64,000 bases of DNA from an uncultured Flavobacteriales bacterium (GCA_913041135.1 CAJWIF010000002.1:741-64740); one strand, 5' to 3'. Positions 25,797 through 39,505 are shown, numbered from the stretch's first letter. Numbers and translations are program-made. The notes: a model not told the origin generated them from the sequence alone.

Positions 25797-28700
25797 ATGC
25801 GGAAGATGTTGACCATTAGAAAGAGGTTTGTAGAGTTCACAATGGTGTGGGCTATTCTTTTGGCGGGCAATTCGCTCTTGTGGTCGCAAGGGGATGCGTC
25901 AGGAGGAGACTCCATCGTGATTGATCTGCCTTTCCCATTTGGAGGGGAGGACCCCTTTAATCCAACAGAGAATCCTTCTGGATTCGATTTTGCGTGGCCG
26001 AGCAATGTCCAGTATGAAATGGTGTACGATGAGGAAACGGGTCTGTATAGCATCCGGCAGCTGATTGGAGACACCTTGGAGTTTCGACCAACGACCTTCC
26101 TTACGTTGGATGAATTTCTAGAATACGATATGGAGGGAAACCTCACCGAATATTGGACGGATCTGCAAGCAGAAGACGATGAGGCAGATCGGGCTTTTGC
26201 GCCGAAACTGACAATTGACAGTAAACTTTTTGAATCCATTTTTGGAAGCAATGAGATTGAAATAAAACCCCAAGGGTCAGCGGAGTTGACTTTTGGTCTG
26301 AATAGATCGAGCACCGAAAATCCGAGAATTCCTGAAGGGCAGCGGAGTATCACCACCTTCGATTTCGACCAACGGATCCAATTGAATATTGGAGGAAAGA
26401 TTGGAGATAAAATAGAACTGGGAACCAATTACAATACAGAGGCGTTGTTTGATTTCGAGAATCAAATGAACATTGGTTTTCAAGGGGATGAAGACGATAT
26501 CCTCAAAAACTTTGAAGCGGGTCACATTTCCATGCCGTTGCCGGGGACTTTGATTACCGGCAGCCAGAGTTTGTTTGGTGTCAAACTAGAAACGCAATGG
26601 GGAAGGCTGTATAACACCACTGTGCTCTCCCAGCAAAAAGGGGAACGCAAGGAAATTGAAGTAGAGGGTGGAGCGCAAACACAGGAGTTTGATATCCGAG
26701 CAGATGATTACGAAGCCAATCGGCACTACTTCCTGTCTCAGTTTTTCTTGAATCAATACGATGAGGCCATGCGGAGCCTTCCGGTTCCAAATTCTGGAGT
26801 GAATATCACCCGGATTGAGGTATGGGTCGTCAATACACAGGCCAACACACAGGATGTGCGGAATGTGATTGGATTCACAGATTTGGGAGAACACCCCAAT
26901 TATGTCTCCTCCAACTTGCCAGTGGCTGAACTGACGGACGATCCCGATCTTGCCATCACCGACAATCTGAATCCGAGCAATCAAAACAATGAGCTGTACG
27001 AGCTCATGATTAGCAACCCGAATGTTCGGGGGTTTACAGGAGCGAATGCTGCCATTTCAGCGTTGAATGTTGGGATGACCCAAGGCGTGCACTACGAGCG
27101 CGTTGGGAATGCGCGAAAACTGGCTCCAACGGAATATTCTTTCAACTCGCGTTTGGGTTTCATTTCATTGCGTCAGGCGCTCAACAATGCTGAAGTTCTT
27201 GGGGTTTCTTACGAGTATACTTTGAACGGAGAGACGTTTCAGGTGGGTACGCTGTCTCAAGATGGCTTTAGCGCTCCTGATGCCCTCATGCTGAAAATGC
27301 TGAAATCAAGCATCACCCAATTGCGTCTGAGCAACGGAGCCCCTGCCCCGCTTTGGAAGATCATGATGAAGAACGTTTACTCGATGCAAGCGTTCGGCCT
27401 TAGTCAGGAGAATTTTAGACTCAACATCTGGTACAATGACCCCGCCACCGGAGTTGACTTGAATTACATTCCAAGAAATCCGTTGGATGGGACCTTGCTT
27501 CTCCAGTTGTTGGGAATGGACCGATTGGATATCAACGGAATGAGCCAGCCCGATGGGGTGTTTGATTTTGTGGACAACGCAGCGACTTCCGGAGGAACCA
27601 TTCACAGTCAGAATGGCCGGATTTTCTTCCCTTCAGTGGAGCCGTTTGGTTCCAATTTGAAGAAGGAAATTGAAGCACGTGTCGACGACCCAGCTTTGGC
27701 ACAGAACCTGATTTCGACCATCGTATTTCAACCGCTGTATGACTCTACAAAAACCGCAGCGCAGCAAATCCCATCACTCAACCGATTCCGGATTAAAGGC
27801 GAATTTCAAAGTCAAACAAGCAGTGAAATTAGCTTGAACTCAATGAATGTCCCTGAAGGATCTGTAACGGTCACAGCAGGCGGTGTTCGTTTGATCGAGA
27901 ACCAAGACTATACCGTTGATTACAACCTAGGAAGGGTCCGAATCATCAACGATGGACTCCTCGAGTCTGGACGAAACATCAAAGTTTCGTTGGAGAGTAA
28001 CTCACTCTTTAGCATACAGACGAAGACGATGATGGGAACGCGATTTGACTATGTCGCGAGCGACAAATTCAACATCGGGGCGACGTTCTTGAATCTCCGG
28101 GAACGGCCACTCACCCAAAAGGTGAACATCGGCAATGAGCCGGTCAATAACTCGATGGTGGGAGCGGATTTTGCTTGGCGAACAGAAAGTCAGCTGCTAA
28201 CGGATATTGTCGACAAGCTTCCTTTTTATGAGACATCGGCAAAGTCGAGCATTGACATCAGTGCAGAGGCTGCGTATATGATTCCTGGCCACAGTCGAGC
28301 CATTGGTTCTGACGGAAACGCTTACGTCGATGATTTTGAAGGCAGCCAATCCGCCATTGATATTCGCTCGGTCAATCGCTGGTTCTTAGCATCGACTCCG
28401 AAGCTCCAACCAACGCTTTTTCCAGAAGGAGACGTTGAGGATAGTTTGGTTTACAATTACAACCGTGCTGCACTCAGCTGGTATACCGTTGACCCTCAAT
28501 TCTTCCGTGGATCGGGTCTGGAAGATGGGCAGGTAACGGCAGAGATTAAAAGTGATCACAGGACACGTGAGGTCTTGGAAGGTGAGGTGTTTCCAAACCG
28601 AGAATTGCCGACGGGAACGCCTCCGAACATCCCCACCTTGGACTTGACCTTTCGACCTGAGCAACGGGGACAGTACAATTATGATTCTCCAGATGGAGCT

Positions 28701-31700
28701 GGTGGAATCTCGGCCGGTTTGACCCCTGAGGGAAGTTTGGCTGATCCTGCGTCGAGATGGGGTGGCATTCAACGTGCACTGACAACAACGGACTTTGAAG
28801 CCGCCAATATTGAATACCTCCAGTTCTGGTTGATGGATCCATTCAACGAGGATTCTGAAAACCTCACGGGTGGCGAGTTGTATTTCAATTTAGGCAACGT
28901 TTCGGAGGACGTGCTGAATGACAGCCAACTCGGGTATGAGAATGGGTTGCCATCTGCAAACAATCCGGATTTACCCACGTTGGATGGCGTGTGGGGTACC
29001 TACCCAGATCCCGCTACGTTCAATGTGGTCAATGCCTTCGATAACACCTCAGGAGATTATCTTCTTCAAGACGTTGGTTTGGACGGATTACCGGATAGTG
29101 AGGAACAGAATTTTTTCGGAGAATGGTTGAATGAACTGTCGAGTTGGTTGAATCCGGATGCGTACCAAACGTATTTAGCGGACCCTTCAGCAGATAACTT
29201 TCGCTATTTCCGAACACCTCAAGCACAATCGGCAGACGAGACCATTCTGGAACGGTATGCTCGATTCAATGGATACGAAGGCAACAGCAACACGGCCTCT
29301 CCCAATGGCTACCCTGTGACCTCGACGACCATTCCGAATACGGAGGACATCAACCAAGACATTACGCTGTCAACGATTGAAAGTTATTTCCAGTACCGTG
29401 TGTCCATGCGGCCTCAAGACTTGGGCGAAGTGAATATTGGGAACAATTATATCACGGACACCTTTGAAGAGGTCAAAGAGACGGCGGATGGACGCGAGCG
29501 CACAATTCGTTGGTATCAATTCAAAATTCCTGTGAGGGAATTTGAGTCGCGGGTAGGAGGCATCACAGATTTCCGATCCATTCGGTTTATTCGGATGTTC
29601 ATGAAAGGGTGGTCCGAGCCCGTAACCCTGCGGTTTGCGCGATTGGAGCTTATTCGCGGGGAATGGCGTCGGTACCTCAATACGTTGGCGGGTCCGCAGG
29701 AAGTGGAACCAGACGATCCCTCCTCGACGTCATTCAACATCAGTGCGGTCAACATTGAAGAAAATGGCAACCGTGAGCCGGTGCCTTATGTTACCCCACC
29801 GGGGATTATTCGAGAAATTGACGTGGGTACGGCAAACCAGCGTCGACTCAATGAGCAGTCACTCGAATTGGCCATCTGTGGGTTGAAGGATGGGGATGCC
29901 CGCGGTGCATACCGGAACATCAACTATGACATGCGGATGTACAAACGGTTGCGGATGTACGTTCACGCCGAAGCGGGTCCAGACGGCACCTCGTTGGAAG
30001 ACAACGAAATGACGTGTTTTGTGCGCTTAGGAAATGATTTCGAGTCGAATTACTACGAGTACGAAATTCCCATGACGGTGACGCCGTGGAATACGGGTGA
30101 CGAGGATTTGATTTGGCCTCTTGAGAATAACATTGACATCGAATTCCGAAAGCTGCAGAACCTTAAAGTGGAGCGACCCGCTGGATATCCGCTGTTCGAA
30201 GAGTTTGAGACGATTGATCCCGATTTCAATGCGCGGATCGCAGTCAAAGGCAATCCCAATTTGGCCAATGTGGTGATGGTGATGGTAGGTGTTCGAAATC
30301 CTGATAAGGATGACAATGTCTTCGATCCAGAAGACGATGGTTTGGACAAATGTGGTGTGGTGTGGGTAAATGAAATGCGTTTGGCTGATTTCAATGAGCA
30401 AGGTGGATGGGCCGCTATTGCTCAGATGAATGCCAAGTTGGCTGACTTGGGCAACATTTCCGTTGCTGCGAACATGTCTGTTCCTGGTTTTGGAGGATTG
30501 GAGCAGCGACTTCAAGACCGCCAGCGTGAGACCATTCAAGGAATCGATGCCTCGGGAACAATTCAACTCGGGAAACTGATGCCGAAGGCACTCGGGATCA
30601 CATTGCCGATGTACTTGGGTTGGAGTGAGCAGGTGAGCACCCCGCAATACGACCCGCTTTCGCCAGACATTGAAATGGCGTCACAAGAAGGTTTGTCAAC
30701 CGAAAGGCAAAACAACGCGAAGAGCATTAGTCGATTGCGTTCCATTAACTTTTCCAACATCAAGATTGATCCAAAATTTGGTGAAGGGACGAGTCGTGAT
30801 CGCAATCGCGGAGGAGGGGATGCAGCGGCAGGCGGCATTGGAAAACCAGGAGATGAAGCGAAGGGAGGCAAGTCAGGGGGGAAAGAAGGTCGAGGTGCAG
30901 CAGGTGGCTCAGCTCGTGGAGGTGGTTCTGCGAAAAGTGGTGGTGGCTCCAATCTCGGACTGTTGAAGATGCTCCGGCCTGGAAATTTCACTGGAAACTT
31001 CAGCTACAATGAAGCGTTTGAACGGGACATTAACACGGAGTTCCAACTCAATAGAGAATACCGAGGTGGATTGACTTACAATTTCTCGCATGCTCCAAAG
31101 CAGTTCAAGCCGTTCAGCAAGGTTGGTTTTTTGAGGAAGCACGATTTTATGAAATGGTTGACCGAATTCAACTTTTATTTAGGAATCAAGCAGCTCACGG
31201 TGGGCTCACAAATGAACCGGATCTACGAAACAAGTCGTGTGCGAAACAATACCGCAGCACTTCTGGGCGTCGAAACGAACTTGCTAATCAATACGCAAGT
31301 GATGAAAACGTGGCAGTGGAACCGGAACTATGCCCTGAAATATGACTTGACGAAGGCACTGAAATTTGATTACAACGGAACCGCTCAAGCGCTTGTTGGA
31401 GAGCCGGCGGGAGTCATCGATCGAAGCGAAGCGGACCAGTACCAAGTCTATCGGGACTCGGTCATTTCCAACCTGCTCAACGCGGGTGAAATCACCAATT
31501 ACAACCACAACATTACCGGGACGTACAAGTTGCCATTTGATAAGTTGCCGTTGGTGAATTTCATTACGAGTGATGTCCGGTACCAAGGGACATTCCGCTG
31601 GGACCGCGCACCTTTCTCACAAGATTCGATTGGCAACACCATTCAGAATTCGAGAAACCTCAGTTTGAATGCACAGGCCAACTTCACAACGCTTTACAAT

Positions 31701-33260
31701 AAGATTCCAGGAGTAAAGGATTTGTTGAACCCGCCTCGGAAGGCGCCTCGTCGTCAGACGAACAATGAAAACCGCGATGGTTTTGGAAATGCAGAAGAGG
31801 AGGAAAAGGAAAAGCTGGAATTGAATCCATTGGCCACGATTGTCCGGCTTATGGCGAGTATCCAAAATGTATCAGGAACCTTCTCTCGCAACGAAGGGAT
31901 GTTGCTACCTGGGTATGCAAAAAAGGCGCGTTATGCCGGTTTTGAAGATGAATTCTCGACAGATTTGGGCTTGTTCCTTTTGGGGCATCAAAACACCAAC
32001 ATCTTGGGTGATCAAGTTCCTGGTGTGGACTTTGCGGAAACTGCGGCGTCCAATGGATGGTTAGTGCAACAGCCTTATCAAAACCAGCAGTACACAGAAA
32101 CATTCCAAGAAACGTTCAATGTCCGGGCCAACTTGGAACCGATCAAGCACTTTAAAATAGAGTTAACAGCCAATCGAAGCGAGACAAGAAACCACACCAG
32201 TTTCTTCCGATTTGATGAAGACATCAATGAGTTTGTCTATGAATCTCCCAACGAAACGGGCCAGTTCTCAGCAACGGTATTGAGTTGGAAAACAGCATTT
32301 GTAAAGGATGACCTGGAAGATCAATTCAATTCGGAACTTTGGGATAATTTCATTGTGGGCCGCTTGGAGATTTCGCAACGACTCAATGCAGAAAGTCACA
32401 ATGACGAGACGCCAGCGGAGACAGGATATTATAATGGATGGGGTGCAACGAGTCAGGATGTGACCATACCGGCTTTCATCGCGGCTTATTTGGGGGTTGA
32501 TACCAAAGACGTTCCATTGGATGTGTTTGACACGCCGGTCGCACCGAATTGGCGTGTGACCTACGACGGATTGACGAAATCTGATTTCTTCAAACAGTAT
32601 TTCAAGCGATTCAGTTTGAGTCACAGCTACCGCTCTACCTTGACGACCAATTACGTGTCGAATTTGAATTACGATGAAAATGAATTAGGAAACCCCACGG
32701 CCATTGACCAGGGTGATTTTGGGAATTATGTTTCCGACCGTCAATTCAATGTGGTGAGCATGAGCGAGCAGCTTTCTCCTCTTCTTGGAGTGGATATGAC
32801 GTTCAATACAGCGTCTGAAAATGAGCCCCAGTTGAAAGTTGAAATGAAACGGGATCGCAACATTGCCTTTGGATTGACGAACTTCCAAATCACAGAAACG
32901 AAAAGCAACGCGCTGGTGGTTGGAGTTGGGTATAAATTCAAGGATATTCCGAATCCATTTATGAAGACCTATGGGAAGCTCCCTGTGAAAATGCTGAAAG
33001 AGACCGATTTGGTTTTGCGCGCTGATCTGAATATTCGAGACAATCGAACGATTATTCGTAAGATGGTAGAAGGCCAAAACCAGGTAACGGCCGGACAGAA
33101 CTTGATTTCAATCAAAATTTCAGCAGATTTGGAGGTGTCAGATAAGATCACAATGCGTGCGTTTTACGACCATCAGATTACAGATCCATATATATCGACC
33201 TCGTTTGCAACATCGAACATCCGTTCAGGTGTAGCTTTACGTTTCAATTTGAATCAATAA
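25797..33260 (+). CDS. sprA: T9SS outer-membrane translocon SprA
   Basis: 2487 aa. N-terminal and internal sequence strongly resembles the cell surface protein SprA family (for example [54 protein letters not shown]). It is the only protein of this size class expected directly after ruvA. Confidence 0.95.
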   Translation: MRKMLTIRKRFVEFTMVWAILLAGNSLLWSQGDASGGDSIVIDLPFPFGGEDPFNPTENPSGFDFAWPSNVQYEMVYDEETGLYSIRQLIGDTLEFRPTTFLTLDEFLEYDMEGNLTEYWTDLQAEDDEADRAFAPKLTIDSKLFESIFGSNEIEIKPQGSAELTFGLNRSSTENPRIPEGQRSITTFDFDQRIQLNIGGKIGDKIELGTNYNTEALFDFENQMNIGFQGDEDDILKNFEAGHISMPLPGTLITGSQSLFGVKLETQWGRLYNTTVLSQQKGERKEIEVEGGAQTQEFDIRADDYEANRHYFLSQFFLNQYDEAMRSLPVPNSGVNITRIEVWVVNTQANTQDVRNVIGFTDLGEHPNYVSSNLPVAELTDDPDLAITDNLNPSNQNNELYELMISNPNVRGFTGANAAISALNVGMTQGVHYERVGNARKLAPTEYSFNSRLGFISLRQALNNAEVLGVSYEYTLNGETFQVGTLSQDGFSAPDALMLKMLKSSITQLRLSNGAPAPLWKIMMKNVYSMQAFGLSQENFRLNIWYNDPATGVDLNYIPRNPLDGTLLLQLLGMDRLDINGMSQPDGVFDFVDNAATSGGTIHSQNGRIFFPSVEPFGSNLKKEIEARVDDPALAQNLISTIVFQPLYDSTKTAAQQIPSLNRFRIKGEFQSQTSSEISLNSMNVPEGSVTVTAGGVRLIENQDYTVDYNLGRVRIINDGLLESGRNIKVSLESNSLFSIQTKTMMGTRFDYVASDKFNIGATFLNLRERPLTQKVNIGNEPVNNSMVGADFAWRTESQLLTDIVDKLPFYETSAKSSIDISAEAAYMIPGHSRAIGSDGNAYVDDFEGSQSAIDIRSVNRWFLASTPKLQPTLFPEGDVEDSLVYNYNRAALSWYTVDPQFFRGSGLEDGQVTAEIKSDHRTREVLEGEVFPNRELPTGTPPNIPTLDLTFRPEQRGQYNYDSPDGAGGISAGLTPEGSLADPASRWGGIQRALTTTDFEAANIEYLQFWLMDPFNEDSENLTGGELYFNLGNVSEDVLNDSQLGYENGLPSANNPDLPTLDGVWGTYPDPATFNVVNAFDNTSGDYLLQDVGLDGLPDSEEQNFFGEWLNELSSWLNPDAYQTYLADPSADNFRYFRTPQAQSADETILERYARFNGYEGNSNTASPNGYPVTSTTIPNTEDINQDITLSTIESYFQYRVSMRPQDLGEVNIGNNYITDTFEEVKETADGRERTIRWYQFKIPVREFESRVGGITDFRSIRFIRMFMKGWSEPVTLRFARLELIRGEWRRYLNTLAGPQEVEPDDPSSTSFNISAVNIEENGNREPVPYVTPPGIIREIDVGTANQRRLNEQSLELAICGLKDGDARGAYRNINYDMRMYKRLRMYVHAEAGPDGTSLEDNEMTCFVRLGNDFESNYYEYEIPMTVTPWNTGDEDLIWPLENNIDIEFRKLQNLKVERPAGYPLFEEFETIDPDFNARIAVKGNPNLANVVMVMVGVRNPDKDDNVFDPEDDGLDKCGVVWVNEMRLADFNEQGGWAAIAQMNAKLADLGNISVAANMSVPGFGGLEQRLQDRQRETIQGIDASGTIQLGKLMPKALGITLPMYLGWSEQVSTPQYDPLSPDIEMASQEGLSTERQNNAKSISRLRSINFSNIKIDPKFGEGTSRDRNRGGGDAAAGGIGKPGDEAKGGKSGGKEGRGAAGGSARGGGSAKSGGGSNLGLLKMLRPGNFTGNFSYNEAFERDINTEFQLNREYRGGLTYNFSHAPKQFKPFSKVGFLRKHDFMKWLTEFNFYLGIKQLTVGSQMNRIYETSRVRNNTAALLGVETNLLINTQVMKTWQWNRNYALKYDLTKALKFDYNGTAQALVGEPAGVIDRSEADQYQVYRDSVISNLLNAGEITNYNHNITGTYKLPFDKLPLVNFITSDVRYQGTFRWDRAPFSQDSIGNTIQNSRNLSLNAQANFTTLYNKIPGVKDLLNPPRKAPRRQTNNENRDGFGNAEEEEKEKLELNPLATIVRLMASIQNVSGTFSRNEGMLLPGYAKKARYAGFEDEFSTDLGLFLLGHQNTNILGDQVPGVDFAETAASNGWLVQQPYQNQQYTETFQETFNVRANLEPIKHFKIELTANRSETRNHTSFFRFDEDINEFVYESPNETGQFSATVLSWKTAFVKDDLEDQFNSELWDNFIVGRLEISQRLNAESHNDETPAETGYYNGWGATSQDVTIPAFIAAYLGVDTKDVPLDVFDTPVAPNWRVTYDGLTKSDFFKQYFKRFSLSHSYRSTLTTNYVSNLNYDENELGNPTAIDQGDFGNYVSDRQFNVVSMSEQLSPLLGVDMTFNTASENEPQLKVEMKRDRNIAFGLTNFQITETKSNALVVGVGYKFKDIPNPFMKTYGKLPVKMLKETDLVLRADLNIRDNRTIIRKMVEGQNQVTAGQNLISIKISADLEVSDKITMRAFYDHQITDPYISTSFATSNIRSGVALRFNLNQ

Positions 33261-33274
33261 TTCGCCATTTTGAT

Positions 33275-33652
33275 ATGAATATTCCGGAAGACTTGCTCTA
33301 CAGCAAAGAACATGAGTGGGTTCGCCTGGAAGGCAATGTGGCTACCATAGGTATCACGGATTACGCTCAAGGGGAGTTGGGAGACATTGTATTTGTTGAG
33401 GTGGATACGATTGGTGATACTGTCGCAACGGAAGAGGTGTTTGGTACCATTGAAGCGGTCAAAACGGTGAGTGATATGTTCTCTCCTTTGGCGGGAGAGG
33501 TCCTTGAATTCAATGAGCGATTGGAGGATGACCCCGAACTGGTCAACACCGACCCGTACAATGAAGGCTGGATTGTGAAATTTAAAGTTTCGGATGCTAC
33601 AGAAGTCGAAGGTCTTCTCTCGGCTGCTGACTATGCCGCTTTGATCGGCTGA
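33275..33652 (+). CDS. gcvH: glycine cleavage system protein H
   Basis: 125 aa. [15 protein letters not shown] and the lipoyl-lysine context IEAVKTVSD. Confidence 0.9.
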   Translation: MNIPEDLLYSKEHEWVRLEGNVATIGITDYAQGELGDIVFVEVDTIGDTVATEEVFGTIEAVKTVSDMFSPLAGEVLEFNERLEDDPELVNTDPYNEGWIVKFKVSDATEVEGLLSAADYAALIG

Positions 33653-33667
33653 TTGAACGCCGAAGGC

Positions 33668-34075
33668 ATGCCGAGAGATCTTAACGCTTCGGGTCTTGAA
33701 CGCGCCTTTCCTTGGAGGCATGCGTTGATTCCATTGATTTGGGCGCTTTTCATTTTGGGATTGCACGCCATTCCGGGGTCCGATATCCAACTGCGCGATT
33801 GGACCGTCATTTTTCATGTAGACAAGGTCATTCACGCCTGCATGTTTGGCGTTCTCTCGCTCTCATTGTTTATTGCACTTGGCAAAGCAGGGAGCATCCG
33901 AAAATACAAGGCATTCGCGATTTTAGGGTTGATACTTTATGGTGTTTCGTTGGAGTTGGCTCAGGGGCTCTGGTTCATTCAACGCGATGCCAGTGTCTTG
34001 GATATGGTCGCGGATTTTGCAGGTGTTTTATTGGGCCGAGTTGCTTTTCGAATCGTGTATCGCTGCTGGAATTAA
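33668..34075 (+). CDS. VanZ family membrane protein
   Basis: Four TM helices. DKVIHACMFGVL and ELAQG...RDASVLDMVADFAGVLLG fit the VanZ pattern. The track ORF starts at TTG 33653; the first ATG is 33668. Confidence 0.7.
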   Translation: MPRDLNASGLERAFPWRHALIPLIWALFILGLHAIPGSDIQLRDWTVIFHVDKVIHACMFGVLSLSLFIALGKAGSIRKYKAFAILGLILYGVSLELAQGLWFIQRDASVLDMVADFAGVLLGRVAFRIVYRCWN

Positions 34076-34155
34076 AAAATGAAATCGTTAAGTTCGAGAA
34101 TGGCTATCCTCAATAAAGGATCTTGGCGTATTTTCGGACTCCAATTGTGAACCAT

Positions 34156-34857
34156 ATGCTCAGTCGGAAAACACCAGAAGCCAATCTTGAAAATAAGCGT
34201 ACCGCGTGGCGGGCGCTTGGATTTGTGGCGTCCTTATCCTTGTTGTTGAGTGCCTTAGCTTGGACATCGTACGATGTTGCCATTTCAAGGTCATTGGATT
34301 TTGAAGCCGATTTATTGGAAGACGAGGAGATCCCTGTCAACATTGTGCAGCCGCCTCCACCTCCACCTCCACCTCAGCAGACGACGGTAATCGAAATTGT
34401 CGATGATGAAGAAGAGATTGAAGAGGAGCTTGAGATTGAGGACATTGAGTTGGATGAGGACACGGAAATCGAAATCATCGATGATTATGAGGAAGAGGAA
34501 GAGGATGTTCCTTTTATGATTGTTGAGAACATGCCTGCGATGGGGGATTGCAAGAAAATGCGGGGAGACGAACGTCATCAGTGCACGCAGATGGAAATCA
34601 TTCGGTATGTGTCCAAAAACACGAAATATCCACCGATCGCAAAGGATGCGGGGATTCAAGGGACCGTCTTTGTTTATTTCGTCGTTGGAAAGGACGGAAA
34701 AGTGCGAGATGTCCGGGTGCTGCGAGATGTAGACACGCGACTGGATAAGGAAGCGACTCGTGTCGTGGAGAGCTTGCCTGATTTTGAACCAGGGGAACAA
34801 CGAGGTAAATCCGTGAGTGTTCAGTACACCATACCGGTGAAGTTCATCATTCGTTGA
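34156..34857 (+). CDS. tonB: energy transducer TonB
   Basis: An N-terminal TM anchor, a Pro run (PPPPPPPPQQ) plus an acidic linker, and a C-terminal TonB domain (YPPIAKDAGIQGTVFVYFVVGKDGKV...VQYTIPVKF). The first ATG is 34156 (track TTG 34123). Confidence 0.75.
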   Translation: MLSRKTPEANLENKRTAWRALGFVASLSLLLSALAWTSYDVAISRSLDFEADLLEDEEIPVNIVQPPPPPPPPQQTTVIEIVDDEEEIEEELEIEDIELDEDTEIEIIDDYEEEEEDVPFMIVENMPAMGDCKKMRGDERHQCTQMEIIRYVSKNTKYPPIAKDAGIQGTVFVYFVVGKDGKVRDVRVLRDVDTRLDKEATRVVESLPDFEPGEQRGKSVSVQYTIPVKFIIR

Positions 34858-35407
34858 TGTGACGTTTCATGGCCATTTCGATGGCTTGAACAATGGAAAG
34901 GAAGCGCTCTTGAGGGGCGCTTCCTTGCGTTTCAACCCACTGGTAAGCCCCTGCATCAAGTCGCTGTATGTATTTCTGGTGCAAGGCCATGCGATCCTCA
35001 TGATGTGGCAGAGACCTAAGAGGATCGGGTTCCCAGGGGATGTCTGGCGTGCAGAGGATGTAGAAGTCAAACCAACGTTGCAAGTTTCGTGATCCTTTCG
35101 GAATCGTCGCAAAAGCAGCGATTCCCCAAATCTCCAAGACCAGCCCACCGGTATCCGAAATCAATCCACCTGCACGGCTTTTCAAAGCGTGTTGTTCAGC
35201 TTCGAGAGCAGCGTTAAACTGCAATTCTGTCAACCGGTCGAGATCATGGGCCTTGAGGTTGCCATGGCGAACGGCCTGGTCAAACCGTGCGACTTCAAGC
35301 GCCAGAGGAAACCCAAAATGCTGAGCGATTGCTTTCGCTAGAGTCGTCTTCCCTGTGGATTCCACACCGGTCACCACCAATCGAAGAGGCCGTGCTTTTA
35401 GAGCCAT
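34847..35407 (-). CDS. NadR-type ribosylnicotinamide kinase-like AAA ATPase
   Basis: P-loop TGVESTGKTTLA. 186 aa, and the position directly after pnuC matches the kinase domain of NadR. Its start overlaps the pnuC end by 10 nt. Confidence 0.65.
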   Translation of the reverse strand: MALKARPLRLVVTGVESTGKTTLAKAIAQHFGFPLALEVARFDQAVRHGNLKAHDLDRLTELQFNAALEAEQHALKSRAGGLISDTGGLVLEIWGIAAFATIPKGSRNLQRWFDFYILCTPDIPWEPDPLRSLPHHEDRMALHQKYIQRLDAGAYQWVETQGSAPQERFLSIVQAIEMAMKRHINE

Positions 35408-35982
35408 GGTCCAGGTGGGATCAGGTCAAACCAGCCTTCTATGGCAAGCAACGTGTACAAGCCAAAGAGAGCAGCGCCCCAATAGAGACCTCGTTTCCAA
35501 TACAAGGCAATGGCTACGATGTCGATAACGATCCAATACAGCCAATTTGCCTGCACGAATTGAAGCATCCAATAACTTGCAATGAGGCTTCCAACCGTGG
35601 TGAAGGCGTCGAGTCCTGGGAGCGCTGACCTGCCTGTCCTTGTGAGCAGATGAGCAACAACAATCCAGCTGGCGAGCCCGATTGCGATGGAGATGGCGTG
35701 CGCTTGCAGGCTGGCGACAGGAAGCGGATCGGGCCAGGTTTCTTGCACACTCCAGTAGCCATATACCGCGAGACCAATGTAAAAAAGCCACAAGGCTGAT
35801 TCAGCTCTCAAATGGCGTTGCCAACAAATCCAAGCGAACAGGACGGATCCGATGCCTGCGCAAAGGAAGGAGGTTGCATGGCCTTGTAAATAGCCAATGG
35901 TGTACAACAAATTGAGGCCTGCTGCGATGGGTTCACCCCATCGATGCCATGATTTGGATGCGCTATTAGCGGAGTTCATCAA
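35398..35982 (-). CDS. pnuC: nicotinamide riboside transporter PnuC
   Basis: 194 aa, six to seven TM helices, Trp-rich (WMLQFVQANWLYWIVIDIVAIALYW) like the PnuC family. Its start overlaps the LRR gene stop (ATGA). Confidence 0.75.
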   Translation of the reverse strand: MMNSANSASKSWHRWGEPIAAGLNLLYTIGYLQGHATSFLCAGIGSVLFAWICWQRHLRAESALWLFYIGLAVYGYWSVQETWPDPLPVASLQAHAISIAIGLASWIVVAHLLTRTGRSALPGLDAFTTVGSLIASYWMLQFVQANWLYWIVIDIVAIALYWKRGLYWGAALFGLYTLLAIEGWFDLIPPGPWL

Positions 35983-36656
35983 TCGTCGAATTCACAGCGA
36001 CAAGGTGCCGATAGAAGCAAGTCAATGGATGATTTCATCCAGGTCTTGAGCTGGTATTGCTCTTCTGCAGTCATGTCGTTGTTGGTCAAGTCGAGAGAGG
36101 AGAGGGCTTGTAAATCACCTAATGATGCCGGAAAGAATGCAATCAAATTGGACCACAAATTCAATGTTTGTATCCGATCCAGGACGTCGATATTCAAGGG
36201 GATGGAATCGATGAGGTTGTCTCCTAAACTGAGATAACGCAGCTGTTTCCATTCCAAGATGACTTCGGGAAAGGCGGTCATCTGATTCTTGTCGGCTGAG
36301 AAATACTCCAAGTCTTTGAGAGCGGACAAAGCAGAAGGCAAAGCATCAATTTTCGTTCGGTCTAAAATCAATTGTTTCAATTCTGATAGCTGTGCCAAGT
36401 CCGATGGAACCACTCGAATTTTCTGCCGACTGAGGTCGAGACGTAAAACAGGAACTCCAGCAGAATTTGCTGTCAAGGCTTCATCCAAGCTGGAAAATAC
36501 AGGGGCGTTTTTCCAAAGGGAGTCTGCGATACAAAGGGATGAGGGCGGAGCATGGAATGCCTGCATTATGTTTGTTTGTGCAGCCGAAAGTATGAACAGG
36601 CAAGGAACAAACCATCGATGCCAAAGGAGGCGGTTGTATGCGTTAAAGTGCTTCAT
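35979..36656 (-). CDS. leucine-rich repeat protein with N-terminal signal/anchor
   Basis: Six to seven repeats of about 23 aa (LxxLxLxxNxIxxLP-like: LKQLILDRTKIDALP, LRYLSLGDNLIDSIP, IQTLNLWSNLIAFFP, LSSLDLTNNDM). ATG 36656 overlaps the ribF stop (ATGA). Confidence 0.7.
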   Translation of the reverse strand: MKHFNAYNRLLWHRWFVPCLFILSAAQTNIMQAFHAPPSSLCIADSLWKNAPVFSSLDEALTANSAGVPVLRLDLSRQKIRVVPSDLAQLSELKQLILDRTKIDALPSALSALKDLEYFSADKNQMTAFPEVILEWKQLRYLSLGDNLIDSIPLNIDVLDRIQTLNLWSNLIAFFPASLGDLQALSSLDLTNNDMTAEEQYQLKTWMKSSIDLLLSAPCRCEFDD

Positions 36657-37615
36657 TGAGCAACGAGGTGGGTGGCTTCGTTTAAGCAACGTATGGCGGC
36701 GTCAGAATCGATTTGCAGTTGAGATTTCAACCCATCGAGGTTATCGAACATCTGTTCATTGCGCAATCGTTTGATGAAGCGCAGGTGAAGAGTTTCGTCA
36801 TAACAATTTCGTCCTCCTTCTAAAAGGTGCACTTCCACGAGGTTTTCCGAAGTGGGCGGTTCAACGGTGGGCCGGGTTCCGATATTGACCATTGCGGGAT
36901 GCCATTCGGGTTCTCCGTGGTACTGAGCGAACGCTGCATACACGCCTTTGCCCGGGATGAGTTTGAGCGGATCAGCAGTCTCTAAGTTCGCGGTTGGAAA
37001 CCCAATGGTGCGCCCCACCTGACGTCCTTTGACGACAACTCCAGACAATGGGTAGGGCTCTAAGAGCCACTGCCGGGCTTGTTGGACTTTTCCAGATTCA
37101 ATGGCCTCGCGGACTTTCGTTGAGCTAACTCGTGTGTTTTCCACCGTTTGAGCAGGCAGAGACTCTACACTGAATCCAAACACATCACCCAGGTTTTTTA
37201 AGCTGTCAAACGTCCCCTCGCGATTTCTTCCAAAGCGATGATCGTAACCGATGATGACCGCTTTCGGACGAATTCCCTTTCCAAAGAGTTCACGGACATA
37301 CTCAATGGGGGTCATCCGAGAGAGGTCCTCGGTAAACGGATGGATCACAAGATGATCCAATCCCGTACTTGCGAGCAACTGTTTTCGCTCTTCCAAAGAA
37401 TTCAGTAAACGCAATCGATGGTGCTCTGGTTGCAGCACCAGACGCGGGTGTGGGTCGAATGTGAGTAGGACAGAGGTGCCGTTTAATTCGGCTGCACGCT
37501 GCTTCAAAAGGGTGATCACAGCCCGGTGACCATGGTGCACACCGTCGAATGTTCCGATGGTCAAAACGACTGGAACATCCGCTGAGAATTCGAGGGCATT
37601 GTAGTGCACAATCAC
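36653..37615 (-). CDS. ribF: bifunctional riboflavin kinase / FAD synthetase
   Basis: VVLTIGTFDGVHHGH, GYDHRFG, GFPTANL and EVHLL motifs. There is no in-frame ATG upstream. GTG 37615 (VIVHYNALEF) gives a typical N-terminus; the track uses TTG 37690. Confidence 0.9.
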   Translation of the reverse strand: MIVHYNALEFSADVPVVLTIGTFDGVHHGHRAVITLLKQRAAELNGTSVLLTFDPHPRLVLQPEHHRLRLLNSLEERKQLLASTGLDHLVIHPFTEDLSRMTPIEYVRELFGKGIRPKAVIIGYDHRFGRNREGTFDSLKNLGDVFGFSVESLPAQTVENTRVSSTKVREAIESGKVQQARQWLLEPYPLSGVVVKGRQVGRTIGFPTANLETADPLKLIPGKGVYAAFAQYHGEPEWHPAMVNIGTRPTVEPPTSENLVEVHLLEGGRNCYDETLHLRFIKRLRNEQMFDNLDGLKSQLQIDSDAAIRCLNEATHLVAQ

Positions 37616-37620
37616 TTTTG

Positions 37621-39195
<1,575 letters not shown>

Positions 39196-39205
39196 TTTTA
39201 GTATC

Positions 39206-39439
39206 ATGACGGTTTACATCCTTACACCAGACGCGACCTTGTTTTCAGGCGAAGCAACCTATGTCGGTTTACCTGGATCAGACGGGAGCATGGGCATTAT
39301 GGATCGTCACGCGGCATTGATTACAACGCTTAAAGCGGGCGAAGTTTTGGTGCGCGGAGCACAAGGCGAAGAAACGTTTGCTGTGAAAGGAGGAACGGTT
39401 GAGGTGCTCAATAACGTTGTGACGATTTTAGCGGCCTAA
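39206..39439 (+). CDS. atpC: F0F1 ATP synthase subunit epsilon (short form)
   Basis: 77 aa directly after atpD. The pattern (LPGSDGSMGIMDRHAALITTLKAGEV) fits the epsilon N-terminal beta-sandwich. Confidence 0.8.
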   Translation: MTVYILTPDATLFSGEATYVGLPGSDGSMGIMDRHAALITTLKAGEVLVRGAQGEETFAVKGGTVEVLNNVVTILAA

Positions 39440-39457
39440 CGTCTTGTTTAGAGACTC

Positions 39458-39490
39458 AAAAAAAGCTTGACTTCGGTCAGGCTTTTTTTA
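39458..39490. terminator. bidirectional intrinsic terminator between convergent atpC and rlmH
   Basis: Hairpin GCTTGAC-ttcg-GTCAGGC (one G.T pair) flanked by an A run on the left and a T run on the right, so it reads as stem plus U tract on both strands. Confidence 0.6.
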
Positions 39491-39505
39491 TGCCTGATTT
39501 TGCGC

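Noticed and set aside
33261-33274. Possible glycine riboswitch before gcvH, and FMN or NAD-related riboswitches before ribF, pnuC and nadC.
   Set aside because: The upstream gaps (14 nt, 83 nt shared with atpD, overlapping genes, 17 nt) are too short to hold these structured RNAs. No conserved riboswitch core motifs were seen.
34312-34500. Proline run followed by an extremely acidic stretch (DDEEEIEEELEIEDIELDEDTEIEIIDDYEEEEED) with a simple-repeat appearance at the DNA level.
   Set aside because: It lies in the linker of TonB, where Pro-rich and charged low-complexity spacers are normal. It is not an independent repeat element.
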